From the IMG/VR virus record IMGVR_UViG_3300042309_002578, positions 64,001-128,000 of that record: a stretch of 64,000 nucleotides of DNA. The stretch is one strand, 5' to 3'. Numbering within the stretch: position 1 is the stretch's first letter; every line of letters begins with the position of its first letter. A program made the translations under genes and the position numbers. The stretch comes from a virus. Shown one piece after another: positions 1-9,783 of the stretch. Below the pieces are notes generated by a model, which was not told the DNA's origin, ran no database searches, and was given only the letters and a program-made list of their open reading frames with translations.

Positions 1-93
1 ACTATCATTTTAAAAGTGCAGTCGAAAATATGAGCAAGTTAGACATTTTTAGCTTCACAAAAGATGTTGTTTGTAATAAATCAAGGAAAAACA

Positions 94-387
94 ATGAGTA
101 AGAATATTTTGACCCACAGGGAAGCAGCGCACGTTCTTTCAGATATGTTAATTGCATCTGGATTCAAAAAAGCCAACGTATGGGACAAAGAAAAAGATGA
201 AACACAAATAAACATTAAAAATGGGTTTATAATAGTTTCTCCAAGAACGCGATCAAAGGGTCAGGTTCGTGTTTTTGGCGATGATATAGAAAATTTTAAA
301 AAAGTCATTGAAGACTTTAATTTTCGTTTTACCGTAGTAGGGGTAGCGAAGAGAGAAATGGTTTTACAGCGAGGGCTAATCTATTAA
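94..387 (+). CDS. hypothetical protein
   Basis: ORF with AAGGA upstream of ATG 94 (track start 64). Confidence 0.6.
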   Translation: MSKNILTHREAAHVLSDMLIASGFKKANVWDKEKDETQINIKNGFIIVSPRTRSKGQVRVFGDDIENFKKVIEDFNFRFTVVGVAKREMVLQRGLIY

Positions 388-944
388 ATTGGATTAAAAA
401 ACGGAGCGATCTCATTTTATTTTTTTGTGTGATCACTCTGTTTTTAGGCAGAATTAATATCAATAGATATGTTTATAAAATTGGGAGACTAGAAATGGAT
501 AACACAGGTTTAAGTTGCAGAGGTGGGGACACTGCGGTAGTAATTACACCAGATTCAAAGGCTATAGAGAACAAGCGTTGTGGCGCGAAAATCTACACTC
601 ACTGCGTAATTACAAAACACATTAATTTACCGGGTTGGGGCTGGTTCAAATGGTGTACTTCTCTTCTCTGGAAGAAGCTAAATATTGCGTAACAGAAGAA
701 ATCCCCAAGAGCGAGGCTGCATAGGGATTTACAGATATTAAAATTGCAGAATGTAAAATGGTATCTCCATTTTAACTATAGTACCAAAATCAAAAGTGCT
801 TAGTTGCACGTTTTTTAGTTTCCTCTTCTATCGTGGAGTAGTAAAACTGCTTGGGATAGAAGCAAATATTGTTTTTATCTGCGAATAATGATGCCCTTTT
901 GGGCAGTTAAATATATGAAAGTAGCAGTTGTGATCTCCATTGAC

Positions 945-1122
945 CGAAAAGACGGGACACAAGCCCCGTCCTTCTAGGACGGCTTTATGTTAAAATTTGG
1001 TCATAGTCGCCTTATGGCATTGGGAGACTTTAAACGGACATGGAGGGACGATAAGACCACTTGTGGCGTGTTTCATTGAAGTGTCAAGAATCACCGCACC
1101 TTCAGATCGGTGAGTATGTCAA
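945..1122 (+). mobile_element. IS200/IS605-family non-autonomous mini-element (no tnpA/tnpB) with omegaRNA-like region
   Basis: TTGAC at 940-944 on the left, left hairpin GCCCCGTCCTTCTAGGACGGC, -10-like TGTTAAAAT, right hairpin TCACCG..CGGTGA ending in TCAA at 1119-1122. Confidence 0.75.
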
Positions 1123-1264
1123 GAGTCCCATATCGGAACTTCCTCAATATTTATAAGTGCTGCTTTGATTGTGTTTTGTGTTTTGTTCATTTTTTAAATC
1201 CTTGTAAATTCCGATAACAAAATAATCTTCGGTGATAGGTCGAGAATAGACCTATCACCAAAGA

Positions 1265-1654
1265 TTATTTTTGGTTGTGATAATCTTTTCCTGTCCAGTA
1301 GTGGTCTTTGTAAGTATCGAAGTATCTCCCTTCCATTTGAGAGAGGATGCTGTCCACTCTATCCTTAATTTCAGGAATACAATCTATTAGGGTATTGTAT
1401 GATTCTCCTCGTAATCCCGCAAAAGAGCCAGGAGCGCAGTTTCCATGTTGACAGTCAAGCATTTTTCCTTCGTCGTCCAGTGTGTGAATGTAAGCCCCAA
1501 CTCCTGGCGGATGCTTCCACTCTTGGACTTCCATACATACATAAATACTCTGAGGAAAATAGTGAAGTTTTCTCTCAACTTCAATAACCGATCTCTCTGG
1601 GGCAGCCGGAACAAATCCGTTCCAAAATCCAATGTTTAATTTTACTTGTGGCAT
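1265..1654 (-). CDS. hypothetical protein
   Basis: 129-aa ORF downstream of motif promoter 1686-1714 and followed by hairpin 1226-1264. Confidence 0.7.
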   Translation of the reverse strand: MPQVKLNIGFWNGFVPAAPERSVIEVERKLHYFPQSIYVCMEVQEWKHPPGVGAYIHTLDDEGKMLDCQHGNCAPGSFAGLRGESYNTLIDCIPEIKDRVDSILSQMEGRYFDTYKDHYWTGKDYHNQK

Positions 1655-1685
1655 ATCTGTTTTTTGCGTTTTTGTCTATGTGTCT

Positions 1686-1714
1686 ATAATACTGCGGTTA
1701 ACGAACAAAGTCAA
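1686..1714 (-). promoter_or_regulatory. phage sigma70-type promoter with GTTAACC spacer motif
   Basis: TTGACT-17-TATTAT on minus strand. Confidence 0.7.
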
Positions 1715-1722
1715 CTCTGTTT

Positions 1723-1852
1723 TCAAATTATTTTGTTGCCACCCTGAATATCAGGGTGATGCACTTTCGCTAATGCTTTATACTCCTTTTTTAGATCTTC
1801 TCTCTATTGGCGCATTCACACCAAGAACCCTAAATGCCGTTTTGTAATCCAT
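1723..1852 (-). pseudogene. J-domain (DnaJ-type) fragment, frameshifted and truncated
   Basis: MDYKTAFRVLGVNAPIE / frameshift in GAGAGA / EDLKKEYKALAKVHHPDIQGGNKII*; HPD motif. Confidence 0.65.
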
Positions 1853-1878
1853 GTCTTTGTGTTATTTTTGCTTATTAT

Positions 1879-1907
1879 ATAGTACATCGGATAACACAAA
1901 AAATCAA
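1879..1907 (-). promoter_or_regulatory. motif promoter
   Basis: TTGATT-17(GTTATCC)-TACTAT. Confidence 0.6.
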
Positions 1908-1929
1908 CTAAATTTCAAAAATTTATGTA

Positions 1930-2547
1930 CTACCAGTTTAAATCACTTGTGTTTATTCTGTCTGGCTTTCTTCTGCGAGTAAAATTTCTCGACAAAGAGC
2001 TTAATTCTGCGATTCTTATTAATTCCTCTATCTCTTCATCCAAGTATTCAATAAACTCAACTATTTTTATTAGCTTGATGCAAATGGTGTAGGTTTTATT
2101 CAACTCTTGAACCCTAACATCTATTAAAGATGTTAATCCGTCAACATCTTTAATTTTTTCTCGTAGCTCCTTTATTTCTTTGTCTTGGGAATTATTAATC
2201 CCATTCATGTCACGTCTTGCAGTATTTATAGCTTGATTTAGCTGCGTTTCTATCTCTTCCGCCCCCTTTATTCTTGTGTTTTTAATTGTCTGTATCCAAC
2301 TCCAAAAAATTATCGCAACTGAAGACATCGAAAAAAATGCTGTTGTAATAAATGACCCCGTGCGATCGTTAAAAATTGACGACAACAAAAACGGAACAGA
2401 TAAAGATGCTTCAACCAACCCAACAATTAATAACAAAGAAAGCAAAAGATCACCATTGTTTTTTTGCTTTCTGCTTTTACTTATTTTTTTAAGAGTGCTG
2501 CGATTATTCTTAAATATGCCGGCTCGTGTCATTTTCTTTTGCCTCAA
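1930..2547 (-). CDS. membrane protein (2 TM) with coiled-coil C-terminus
   Basis: two hydrophobic stretches then heptad-rich region; overlaps FHA gene end. Confidence 0.6.
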   Translation of the reverse strand: MRQKKMTRAGIFKNNRSTLKKISKSRKQKNNGDLLLSLLLIVGLVEASLSVPFLLSSIFNDRTGSFITTAFFSMSSVAIIFWSWIQTIKNTRIKGAEEIETQLNQAINTARRDMNGINNSQDKEIKELREKIKDVDGLTSLIDVRVQELNKTYTICIKLIKIVEFIEYLDEEIEELIRIAELSSLSRNFTRRRKPDRINTSDLNW

Positions 2548-2902
2548 AGCTATTGTTAAAAATTATGTTTGGATACTCCTGATGAGAAAATATAATGCAG
2601 TCTCCATTGGATAGCTTTGCATCACGAAAATCTAAATAAGTTTGTCCATTGATCATTGTCGGGTATTTTGGCAATATTATTTTCCCGTCTGTGCCAAAAT
2701 ACCCATCTAAAATGATCCAATCGAATATTACACTTTTGTGCGATCTATACCTGCGAATATCGCATTGTTTTCTGCTTATGGTTGGAATAGGCAAAACAAC
2801 GTCCCTGTCTTTTCTGCTGCCTATTGTAATTATTGATTTGTCCGTTATATCAAGTACGCTTTTCTGTGCGTTCGATATGTTTATTTCTAACCATACTTGC
2901 AT
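2510..2902 (-). CDS. FHA-domain protein (degenerate)
   Basis: IITIGSR..DVVLPIPTISRKQC..IILDG..TMING..LSNGDCIIF pattern of cyanobacterial FHA proteins. Confidence 0.75.
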   Translation of the reverse strand: MQVWLEINISNAQKSVLDITDKSIITIGSRKDRDVVLPIPTISRKQCDIRRYRSHKSVIFDWIILDGYFGTDGKIILPKYPTMINGQTYLDFRDAKLSNGDCIIFSHQEYPNIIFNNSFEAKENDTSRHI

Positions 2903-3021
2903 ATTTCAATAACAAAATTTTTGTCCATATAAACTTTATCACACTTCTGTTGCTATTGTATAGTACAATTATCTAGTTGTTGGCACTAGGTGTCACAACC
3001 ATTTAAATATTGTGAGGTCTT

Positions 3022-3174
3022 ATGAAAATTAACCAAGATTTAGCAACAACTGTTGTTGGAACTGTCTCTTTGATTTTTGCAACATTGGGAGCTTTAGATT
3101 TTATCCCACTCCCAAACGCCTTATTTGCTTGTGGTGTATGCACACAAATAATTTCTTATTTCGTGAAAAAATAG
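3022..3174 (+). CDS. small 50-aa two-TM protein, holin-like candidate (not in ORF track)
   Basis: GAGG RBS; MKINQDLATTVVGTVSLIFATLGALDFIPLPNALFACGVCTQIISYFVKK. Confidence 0.5.
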   Translation: MKINQDLATTVVGTVSLIFATLGALDFIPLPNALFACGVCTQIISYFVKK

Positions 3175-3177
3175 TCA

Positions 3178-4095
3178 TCAATTCCCTAGTGGAGTTTGAC
3201 TATAGTTTAAATAATCTTGCCCAGGCTTCAATTTTAAAGATGTTATCCCAGTTCCACCAACGATTTTTTTGCCATTGCTCTGAACAATTGACCCTAGGTT
3301 TGCTCCATTTGAATAAAAACTTGCGACACCAGTATTTTTGTCTACTTTAATTTCATAATTTCCGTTTTTAAATGGGGAAACAATCGAAGATTGATCAAGC
3401 CTTGGGAGCATTTTTACAATATATTCCTTCGCTGCTTTCATAATATCGTTTTGTTCTCTAACGGATAATGGTAGCGGGGGACTTCCTTTTTTGATATTGC
3501 TACTCACAACATCATTTCTTCTCTTTTGGTCAGATTGTTCTTGTTGAAATTTGGTAACTGGTTTCGGCACTTTTAATAAAGTCATCGACATCGTGATCTT
3601 TGCTGCCTCGCCACCCAAGGATGTGTCGCGGTTATATTTTACTTGCTGCATAACACAAGGTTCAAATCTTTCTGAACCCATTCTGAATGATAGAATTTTT
3701 GGCGCATAGATATTGTTCTCTGTCTCTGCTTTTGTTAGCGCGATCGCCCCTTCGATAATCGGTCGCAGCGATTTACCAAAATAATACGAAGAGAGAGTCA
3801 TATCACTAATTACCAGAGTCCCATCGTTACTGTGATTGAAGACTTGATTCGGTGTCTTGTTTGATAATGTAGGAATTTCTGTGTAATCTGCTGCGTATGG
3901 ACCAAAATCAACTTGGCAAGGATTCATTAAAAAAGTATAGACAACGCTCTCTTCTGCCCCTACGGTATTGTAATCAAGCAATACTGCCTCTATCTCCTCT
4001 TCTGCCTCATTCTTGGGTACGTCGGGCAAACTATCCCAAGCAGTTTTATTGTAGCCGTATGGCAAATAACTCAAAGAAACAACATTTTCTGGCAT
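3178..4095 (-). CDS. tail tube initiator / CIS tube-like baseplate protein
   Basis: FLMNPCQV..ADYTEIPTL..PKILSFRMG..CVMQQVKY..ITMSMTL, typical CIS_tube-like pattern. Confidence 0.6.
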   Translation of the reverse strand: MPENVVSLSYLPYGYNKTAWDSLPDVPKNEAEEEIEAVLLDYNTVGAEESVVYTFLMNPCQVDFGPYAADYTEIPTLSNKTPNQVFNHSNDGTLVISDMTLSSYYFGKSLRPIIEGAIALTKAETENNIYAPKILSFRMGSERFEPCVMQQVKYNRDTSLGGEAAKITMSMTLLKVPKPVTKFQQEQSDQKRRNDVVSSNIKKGSPPLPLSVREQNDIMKAAKEYIVKMLPRLDQSSIVSPFKNGNYEIKVDKNTGVASFYSNGANLGSIVQSNGKKIVGGTGITSLKLKPGQDYLNYSQTPLGN

Positions 4096-4195
4096 ATTTT
4101 CACAATATTAATTATGTCGTTGACAATATTGTATTTATATCGTATACTAAATACAGAGCAAAACATATACATAGTAACACAAAAAACGCACAAAA

Positions 4196-4696
4196 ATGAC
4201 CTCTTTATTTAGTAGAACAGCAGAGATTAACGTCAGCCTAGCAAAGAAGTTTGAGAAATGCGGATGGGCATCGGGAGTTTTTAACTTCCTGTGTTTAATT
4301 ATGTACTTCTGGAATGTTTATTCCAAGGCGAACATTATTTACCGATTCGCCGGTAGTTTTGTGGCGAGTGCCGTAATAATTGCCATTGAATTTGCTGCAA
4401 TGTCAATCATCTTTGACCCCTCGGTTTTGGATGATTTTATGGCGCAAACAAAGTCAGAAAACGAATTTAGCAAATTAGTGGGTGTGTTGTCTGTAATATT
4501 TTTAAGCTGTCTTGCCGCTGCGACCTTTTATTATGATTACACAATCAATATCGCTCAAATGCGGATGGGAAAAACCATTGACTCTCAGATATTGGCAGTA
4601 GTAATGGTTTTAATATCGGAAGTATTCTTTTGGACATCTGCCGTATTGTCTTCCGCTGCAAAAAATAACGCCGGCAACACCGGAAGCAGACGATAA
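4196..4696 (+). CDS. four-TM membrane protein
   Basis: four hydrophobic segments in 166 aa. Confidence 0.7.
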   Translation: MTSLFSRTAEINVSLAKKFEKCGWASGVFNFLCLIMYFWNVYSKANIIYRFAGSFVASAVIIAIEFAAMSIIFDPSVLDDFMAQTKSENEFSKLVGVLSVIFLSCLAAATFYYDYTINIAQMRMGKTIDSQILAVVMVLISEVFFWTSAVLSSAAKNNAGNTGSRR

Positions 4697-4763
4697 TAAG
4701 TATAGTATCTTTATTTAAATAAAAATACTTGTCACACAAAAACAACAACATAGGAGCATTACA

Positions 4764-4952
4764 ATGTCTTTGCCGCAGAAATTAAAACTAAATGGAATCG
4801 TTGTCTTTATGTCATTTATGTCAGCACTTATTGTCTTGGCGATAATAATACTTATGCTTGTACAACAAGGAATAGGTCTTGATGGTTTCATAATTATAAT
4901 TTTTTGTGCGATAGTTATTTTTATGTTGGTGACTCGCCCTAGAACAAAATGA
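4764..4952 (+). CDS. small two-TM protein
   Basis: AGGAG RBS, hydrophobic 62 aa. Confidence 0.6.
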   Translation: MSLPQKLKLNGIVVFMSFMSALIVLAIIILMLVQQGIGLDGFIIIIFCAIVIFMLVTRPRTK

Positions 4953-5178
4953 TAGAAGAAATAAACCAAAAAACAATAAACGCACTGTTTTTCTTTGTCT
5001 TGTTTGTTTTGACTCTCTTTTTCTTGGTAGGGGCGACAGCAAAAATATCTGGAATCATTGCACTATATAGCAATTAAATTAAAAAAATATCAAGACAATA
5101 TCACATAAATTGTCTTGATATTTTTTTAATTTGTGTATTATAATTTTTAATAAGGCAAGTATATTGATGGAGCTTATT

Positions 5179-6027
5179 ATGTCAGTCTTGGGCAACAAAG
5201 ATTTAGGTCAGAACAATTTTTTTCAAGCCGTTGGTGTTATATCTGGGGACGTTCAATTTGAGTCCACTAGTGCCTCTATAAAAATAGGGAATAATAAATA
5301 TAAATTATGTTTCAGTAAAGTTGGAATGTTCCAGCAACTTAAAAAAGCAGCAAAATCCAATAACATCAAGAGATTGGTTGTCTACCCAATATTGACACAT
5401 TTCCCAGGACAGACAGCGCACAAAATAAGCTTTGATGTTATTGGATTTAGAGGCTCTAAGGAAAACAGCAACACAACTGATTTAGACAAGAGACTAGACG
5501 ATCTGGAGTTTAAAATCTGTGGGATTTGGCAATATATACCTGTGTGCAAAACCCCATGTATTTCTGTTTTTAGAAATTTCACAGATAACCTTGTCGCCAC
5601 TCTTGGTAAATGCACAGCAATAGAGAAGGCTTTGTTAACAAAAACAAATCATGTACCAGTAAATGTATATGGCAGCAATTTGAGTTTTTTACCTAAAGCC
5701 TATCGTTTTATAAAGCCAAGAGAAGGAGAAAAACAAAATGTCTATAGCCCATTTTTCGTATCAACAAAAGTAAGGTTTGATCCACAAAATGATGGATTTA
5801 CGTTTGTTGAGCTTTTGTGTCCACCAAGCACTAAAAGTCCCAAATATATAAAACTCCAGAAAGAGGAAAAGGCTGCGGCAGCAAAAGCAAGGCTTGAGAA
5901 AAAACGCGAAACTAGCACAGATACCGCAAAAACAGATGTTGTTTTTGCGCCTCCAATAAAGCCACGAAAAAAAGCGTATACATCACCACAAAAACCAATA
6001 CTCAAAAAACATCTTAATGTATGTTAG
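5179..6027 (+). CDS. hypothetical protein of a type seen on cyanobacterial plasmids
   Basis: long ORF; RLVVYP..GIWQYIPVCKTPCISVFRNF motif; GGAG before ATG 5179. Confidence 0.7.
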   Translation: MSVLGNKDLGQNNFFQAVGVISGDVQFESTSASIKIGNNKYKLCFSKVGMFQQLKKAAKSNNIKRLVVYPILTHFPGQTAHKISFDVIGFRGSKENSNTTDLDKRLDDLEFKICGIWQYIPVCKTPCISVFRNFTDNLVATLGKCTAIEKALLTKTNHVPVNVYGSNLSFLPKAYRFIKPREGEKQNVYSPFFVSTKVRFDPQNDGFTFVELLCPPSTKSPKYIKLQKEEKAAAAKARLEKKRETSTDTAKTDVVFAPPIKPRKKAYTSPQKPILKKHLNVC

Positions 6028-6060
6028 AGTATTTTTGAGATTCCGTTGTGTGCGCCTATT

Positions 6061-6310
6061 TTTTGGGCATTTAAAGGGCGTTCTAGTTTCTACCTCAGAA
6101 AAGAATTTCCCCAATTAAAAAAACTACCGTCTCTTTGGACAAGTAGTTATTTTGTAAGCACCGCAGGGAATGTTAGTGGTGAATCGGTGAGGAAATATAT
6201 TGAAGATCCGCATCACGGATAATACAGAAAATACCACAGCGGTTAAAACCGCTCGCGCCGCTTCCCTCTCAGGTCTAAAGACGCTGAGTTTCCCACTTAC
6301 CGTGAGGTGT
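6061..6310 (+). pseudogene. tnpA: IS200-family TnpA C-terminal remnant plus adjacent IS end
   Basis: FKGRSSFYLRKEFPQLKKLPSLWTSSYFVSTAGNVSGESVRKYIEDPHHG* (6070-6222), then GCGGTTAAAACCGC and CTCAG..CTGAG hairpins. Confidence 0.8.
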
Positions 6311-6408
6311 ATGAGTGACAAACCAATGGGGTGAATCGTACCTACCAAAATCATGGTGCTTCGTGGTTGGTTTTGATTCTGGTACGGGGAAATCTAAAGT
6401 CACTCGGT

Positions 6409-7056
6409 TCATCTGCTCCTAATTCTTGCTGGCGAATATGTGGTTTTGTCTTTTGCATATTCTCTGATTGCTTCGCAATATCTCACAGCCGATTTAGGGC
6501 TGTGAGAATAAATAAGTTTCATCTGGTGAATTTGTCCGGCGGACAGTCCTTGAAATTGTGACAAAATTTCATTAATCCCAATCTTGGCTTTTTTCCCCTT
6601 CAAAACGTCGTTTCCAGGGGTCCATGTTGGTTCTACGGGTTGTTTATCACTAACAAAATTTATCAGCGATTTAGTTGGTGTAGATGCCGGTGATGGCAGT
6701 AATGGCACTGAAGTCCGTGCGTTAAAATACTTATAATCAATTTTCAGTAGCTCTCTCCTGCGTCGTCTAGCAGTTGAAACGGAAACTCCCAGCTTTTCCG
6801 CTGCTTGGCGAGGACACCCTTGTAAACAAACCTCTTTTTCCCCTTCTGCGAGGGTTTTACGCTGCTTCAGTTTCTTCGGAGAAACGCCAAGAATTTTGCA
6901 CCTATGGTCTATTTGGGTCCTAGACGCTTTAAGCACTTCCTGCAACTCTGGATAAGTTGAGTCATTCCCGAAAGAAAGTAAATAATTGTCCTCTTCTTGA
7001 GTCCATTTCTTGTAGCCTGTTTTGTCTTTTAGTTGTTTCACACTCTTCCCCTCCAT
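6409..7056 (-). CDS. Myb/SANT-like and HTH DNA-binding protein
   Basis: KKWTQEEDNYL..TYPELQEVLKASRTQIDHR and RQAAEKLGVSVSTARRRR. Confidence 0.6.
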   Translation of the reverse strand: MEGKSVKQLKDKTGYKKWTQEEDNYLLSFGNDSTYPELQEVLKASRTQIDHRCKILGVSPKKLKQRKTLAEGEKEVCLQGCPRQAAEKLGVSVSTARRRRRELLKIDYKYFNARTSVPLLPSPASTPTKSLINFVSDKQPVEPTWTPGNDVLKGKKAKIGINEILSQFQGLSAGQIHQMKLIYSHSPKSAVRYCEAIREYAKDKTTYSPARIRSR

Positions 7057-7319
7057 TCTTTGTTTGTGATAATGAATTCAAGAATGTTATGTTTTTGAAT
7101 TATTTCTTTGGCGAAGAACGGCTGGGGATGTGTGGATTCATCTAAATCTATGTAATAAAGCCACTCGTTTAATGATTTGCACTTTTTGAGTCCGGTGCAA
7201 ATTCCCCATCCTCTGGTCGTTAATAATCTGTCACCAAACCAGTATTTGGGTTCTGTTGTGGAGCGGGGGATTTGTAGCTCTTGTGGGATTAGTCTTAGGG
7301 GTGGAATGCTAGTTTGCAT
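7038..7319 (-). CDS. DUF1392-like cyanobacterial small protein
   Basis: PKYWFGDRL..GICTGL..WLYYIDLD. Confidence 0.45.
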   Translation of the reverse strand: MQTSIPPLRLIPQELQIPRSTTEPKYWFGDRLLTTRGWGICTGLKKCKSLNEWLYYIDLDESTHPQPFFAKEIIQKHNILEFIITNKEWRGRV

Positions 7320-7661
7320 GGTATTTTACGTTTAATTTGTTTCCTTTACTCTAATTGCCTGATGCAAATAGATATTGCACTTAGCGAAGCTGAATTTCGT
7401 TGTTTAACATTGTTTTGGCAATAGCGATCGCCTCGTCTTCCGACTTAAATCCAGGATGGCTATCCTGATCAATGTCGACACTGTGATAACAGTTATAGAA
7501 AGGCATAATTTATCTCTTATTAAGGTAAAATCGATTGTCTATTGAGAATAGAGTCATTAATTGACCAAATTTGGTATCACCAATACCAATGCACAACTTG
7601 GACCAATCCTCAAAATCTTAACATTCAACACTCCTGCATTCTTAGATATATCTTTCATTAG

Positions 7662-7919
7662 TTACTCATTATCTCGAATGCCACAATACGGTGGGTATTC
7701 CTGCATTTGTTCGGCAGCGCCCGAATACCATCCGTCCATATATTGGGTAATCCACTCACTTGCCCAATGAGGTGGAAGCCACGCTTTCGCGTCGTTAAAT
7801 CCTTGCTCAAATAAACTCCCTGGCAGTTGTTTAACTGCCTCTTGAGAGAGAATAAAGGCAGCCTCCAACCTTTGAGTAACTCCAATAGGATATTGCCCCT
7901 CAGCATTAAGTTTTTCCAA
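7662..7919 (-). CDS. hypothetical protein
   Basis: 85-aa ORF in minus-strand cluster. Confidence 0.4.
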   Translation of the reverse strand: MEKLNAEGQYPIGVTQRLEAAFILSQEAVKQLPGSLFEQGFNDAKAWLPPHWASEWITQYMDGWYSGAAEQMQEYPPYCGIRDNE

Positions 7920-8157
7920 AGCTTCTATTACTTAAACCTCTGTGTATCGCCCTTCAAAGTAATGAATTAATTCTGGTAAGGTAAACATACATTATCCTCA
8001 ATTAACATTTTTGTAAATCGTTCTTGTTCCTTTTGCGTCATGATCTTGGCAATAAAAACTTTTATTAGCCCGTCTTTTAGCAGCATCAATATCAAATTTA
8101 TATTTTACTGCAAAACTTTGGAGTTTCATTGGCAACCAGGTGGTGATCTCTCTCTCG

Positions 8158-8298
8158 TGCTGGTTGGCAGCACAGTATTTTCAGCTGGTCCGCATTTGCA
8201 CTGGGAAACATATAGAGGGAGTTGGGGCAAACCCTAATAAAACCCAGCGACATTGGGTACAGTTTGCCCAGACCAACTGGACCAGCTTACGGCGCGTG
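8158..8298 (+). pseudogene. inverted, frameshifted copy of the M23 C-terminus of the hub-lysin gene
   Basis: LVGSTVFSAGPHLHWETYRG / -1 shift / LGQTLIKPSDIGYSLPRPTGPAYGA*; matches reverse complement of 10700-10842. Confidence 0.8.
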
Positions 8299-8299
8299 A

Positions 8300-8880
8300 A
8301 CAAATTATTTTTATATTACAACCGTGTTACAAGAATTTTAGATATAGGTGCGTACTTGCACAACATATTGATTAAACCCAAAAATAAAGTTGGGAAGACG
8401 ATCACTCTTTATAAGGAAACTGCCATTTTTTCTTTGCATCTTCCCTTTACTTTTGACACACCTTGTGTTATACTCCGCTTTCGGTTTCATCACGAGAGAA
8501 TGAGGGTTTGCGGCGTGTTACAAGATTGGGTTTTGGCGGTATTAGACCAAGCCGAAAACAAATGTCCGTTTGGCAGTTTTGGGGGACGGCTGCGGGGGAA
8601 TATTGCCAAAAACTGAAACCCTTGCTACGTGGGGATTGCAATATGTTTTTGCCACCAAAGTTAGAGCAGACTTTGGGCTTTTAGCCGGTGGCACGGGCGT
8701 TAACGAGGTGTTGGTACAAATGTCCGTTTTATGATTTTGGGGATGGCTGCGGGGGAATATTGCTAAAAACACAAAACCATTGCTGTGTGGGGATTGCAAT
8801 ATGTTTTTGCCACCAAAGTTAGAGCAGACTTTGGGCTTTTAGCCGGTGGCACGGGCGTTAACGAGGTGTTGGTACAATTG
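8300..8880 (+). repeat. dispersed element copy A: conserved head + ~2 x 158-bp units
   Basis: head homologous to 51905-52180 and to reverse complement of 17520-17795; GGGGATTGCAATATG at 8631 and 8789 (158 apart); promoter TTTACT-17-TGnTATACT at 8446-8474. Confidence 0.9.
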
Positions 8881-9128
8881 GGGCGATAGATACTGGGGAA
8901 GAGATACAGATGGCAATGGGGAAAACCATCTTGGTAAGCTTTTGATGAAACTGCGCGAAGAGTATAGGAACGATAATCCTGTAGCTTAAGAATATTGATC
9001 AAATAAATTGCAAAAGATAACTATATTGCAATTTATTTGATCAATATTAATTCTATTAAAACCAATATTTGCACTATTTTTAGCGCGAAATAACAAACGG
9101 GAGATCAAAAATATATTTTGATTTTTGC

Positions 9129-9157
9129 TTGACTTTTTTAGTTATCCAGAGTAATAT
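9129..9157 (+). promoter_or_regulatory. motif promoter
   Basis: TTGACT-17(GTTATCC)-TAATAT. Confidence 0.7.
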
Positions 9158-9190
9158 AAATATAGAGAAAAACAGTATAACAACAAAACA

Positions 9191-9421
9191 ATGGCTAACG
9201 GAATATTCGACAAAAAGAGTATAAATTTTGAACTGATTGATGGACTTCCTGACGATCACGGCACTTATTTGTTCTTATTTGAAGATGGAACAATAAGAGA
9301 GGGATATTATAGCTCTTTCCCCCATCCAGATTGTGAGAAAGGAACGGTTAAATGGTGCGACAAAGAAAACGAGTGGTTTTATTACGAAATCGCTGTGGGT
9401 TGGTTCAAGCGTATTGAATAA
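9191..9421 (+). CDS. hypothetical protein
   Basis: ORF immediately behind motif promoter. Confidence 0.7.
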   Translation: MANGIFDKKSINFELIDGLPDDHGTYLFLFEDGTIREGYYSSFPHPDCEKGTVKWCDKENEWFYYEIAVGWFKRIE

Positions 9422-9531
9422 AGTGGTTTGTTTAAGCGTATTGAATAAATCCAAGTTAGTTGATGCTGCTAAAAACGGTCGGCTAATAAACGTTTTTCAC
9501 TGCCAAGAAGTTAAAGAAGTTGGAGGTATTT

Positions 9532-9783
9532 ATGTCACAAAAAAAACCTGTATTTGTAGGTGTTTTTAATCCAAACATTGGTGAAAGGTACATTAACTTA
9601 AGTCAAGTAATTGCATGGACTTTGGATGATTCAAAGTTACTGGTTACGTTACCAGGTACTTATTCTCAAAATGAGGAAGGTCAGGGAGACTGTGAATTTC
9701 TCTATTTCAGAGATACAGATATGGGGTTTGATGCTTTAGTTGAAAGGCTCAAATCTATGTCAGAAAAACTTTGGGAGGAGTAG
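9532..9783 (+). CDS. hypothetical protein
   Basis: GGAGG RBS before ATG 9532. Confidence 0.65.
   Translation: MSQKKPVFVGVFNPNIGERYINLSQVIAWTLDDSKLLVTLPGTYSQNEEGQGDCEFLYFRDTDMGFDALVERLKSMSEKLWEE

Noticed and set aside
429-800. 87-aa ORF and possible IS end near 690-800
   Set aside because: No recognisable protein motif and no partner inverted repeat found
8158-8298. DGR template/variable repeat pair with 10700-10842
   Set aside because: Mismatches are not confined to adenines, there is an indel, and no reverse transcriptase is present in the window
8140-9002. ORFs across repeat copy A (and 16596-17586 across copy C)
   Set aside because: Frames shift between units through homopolymer indels, so the repeats are not under coding constraint
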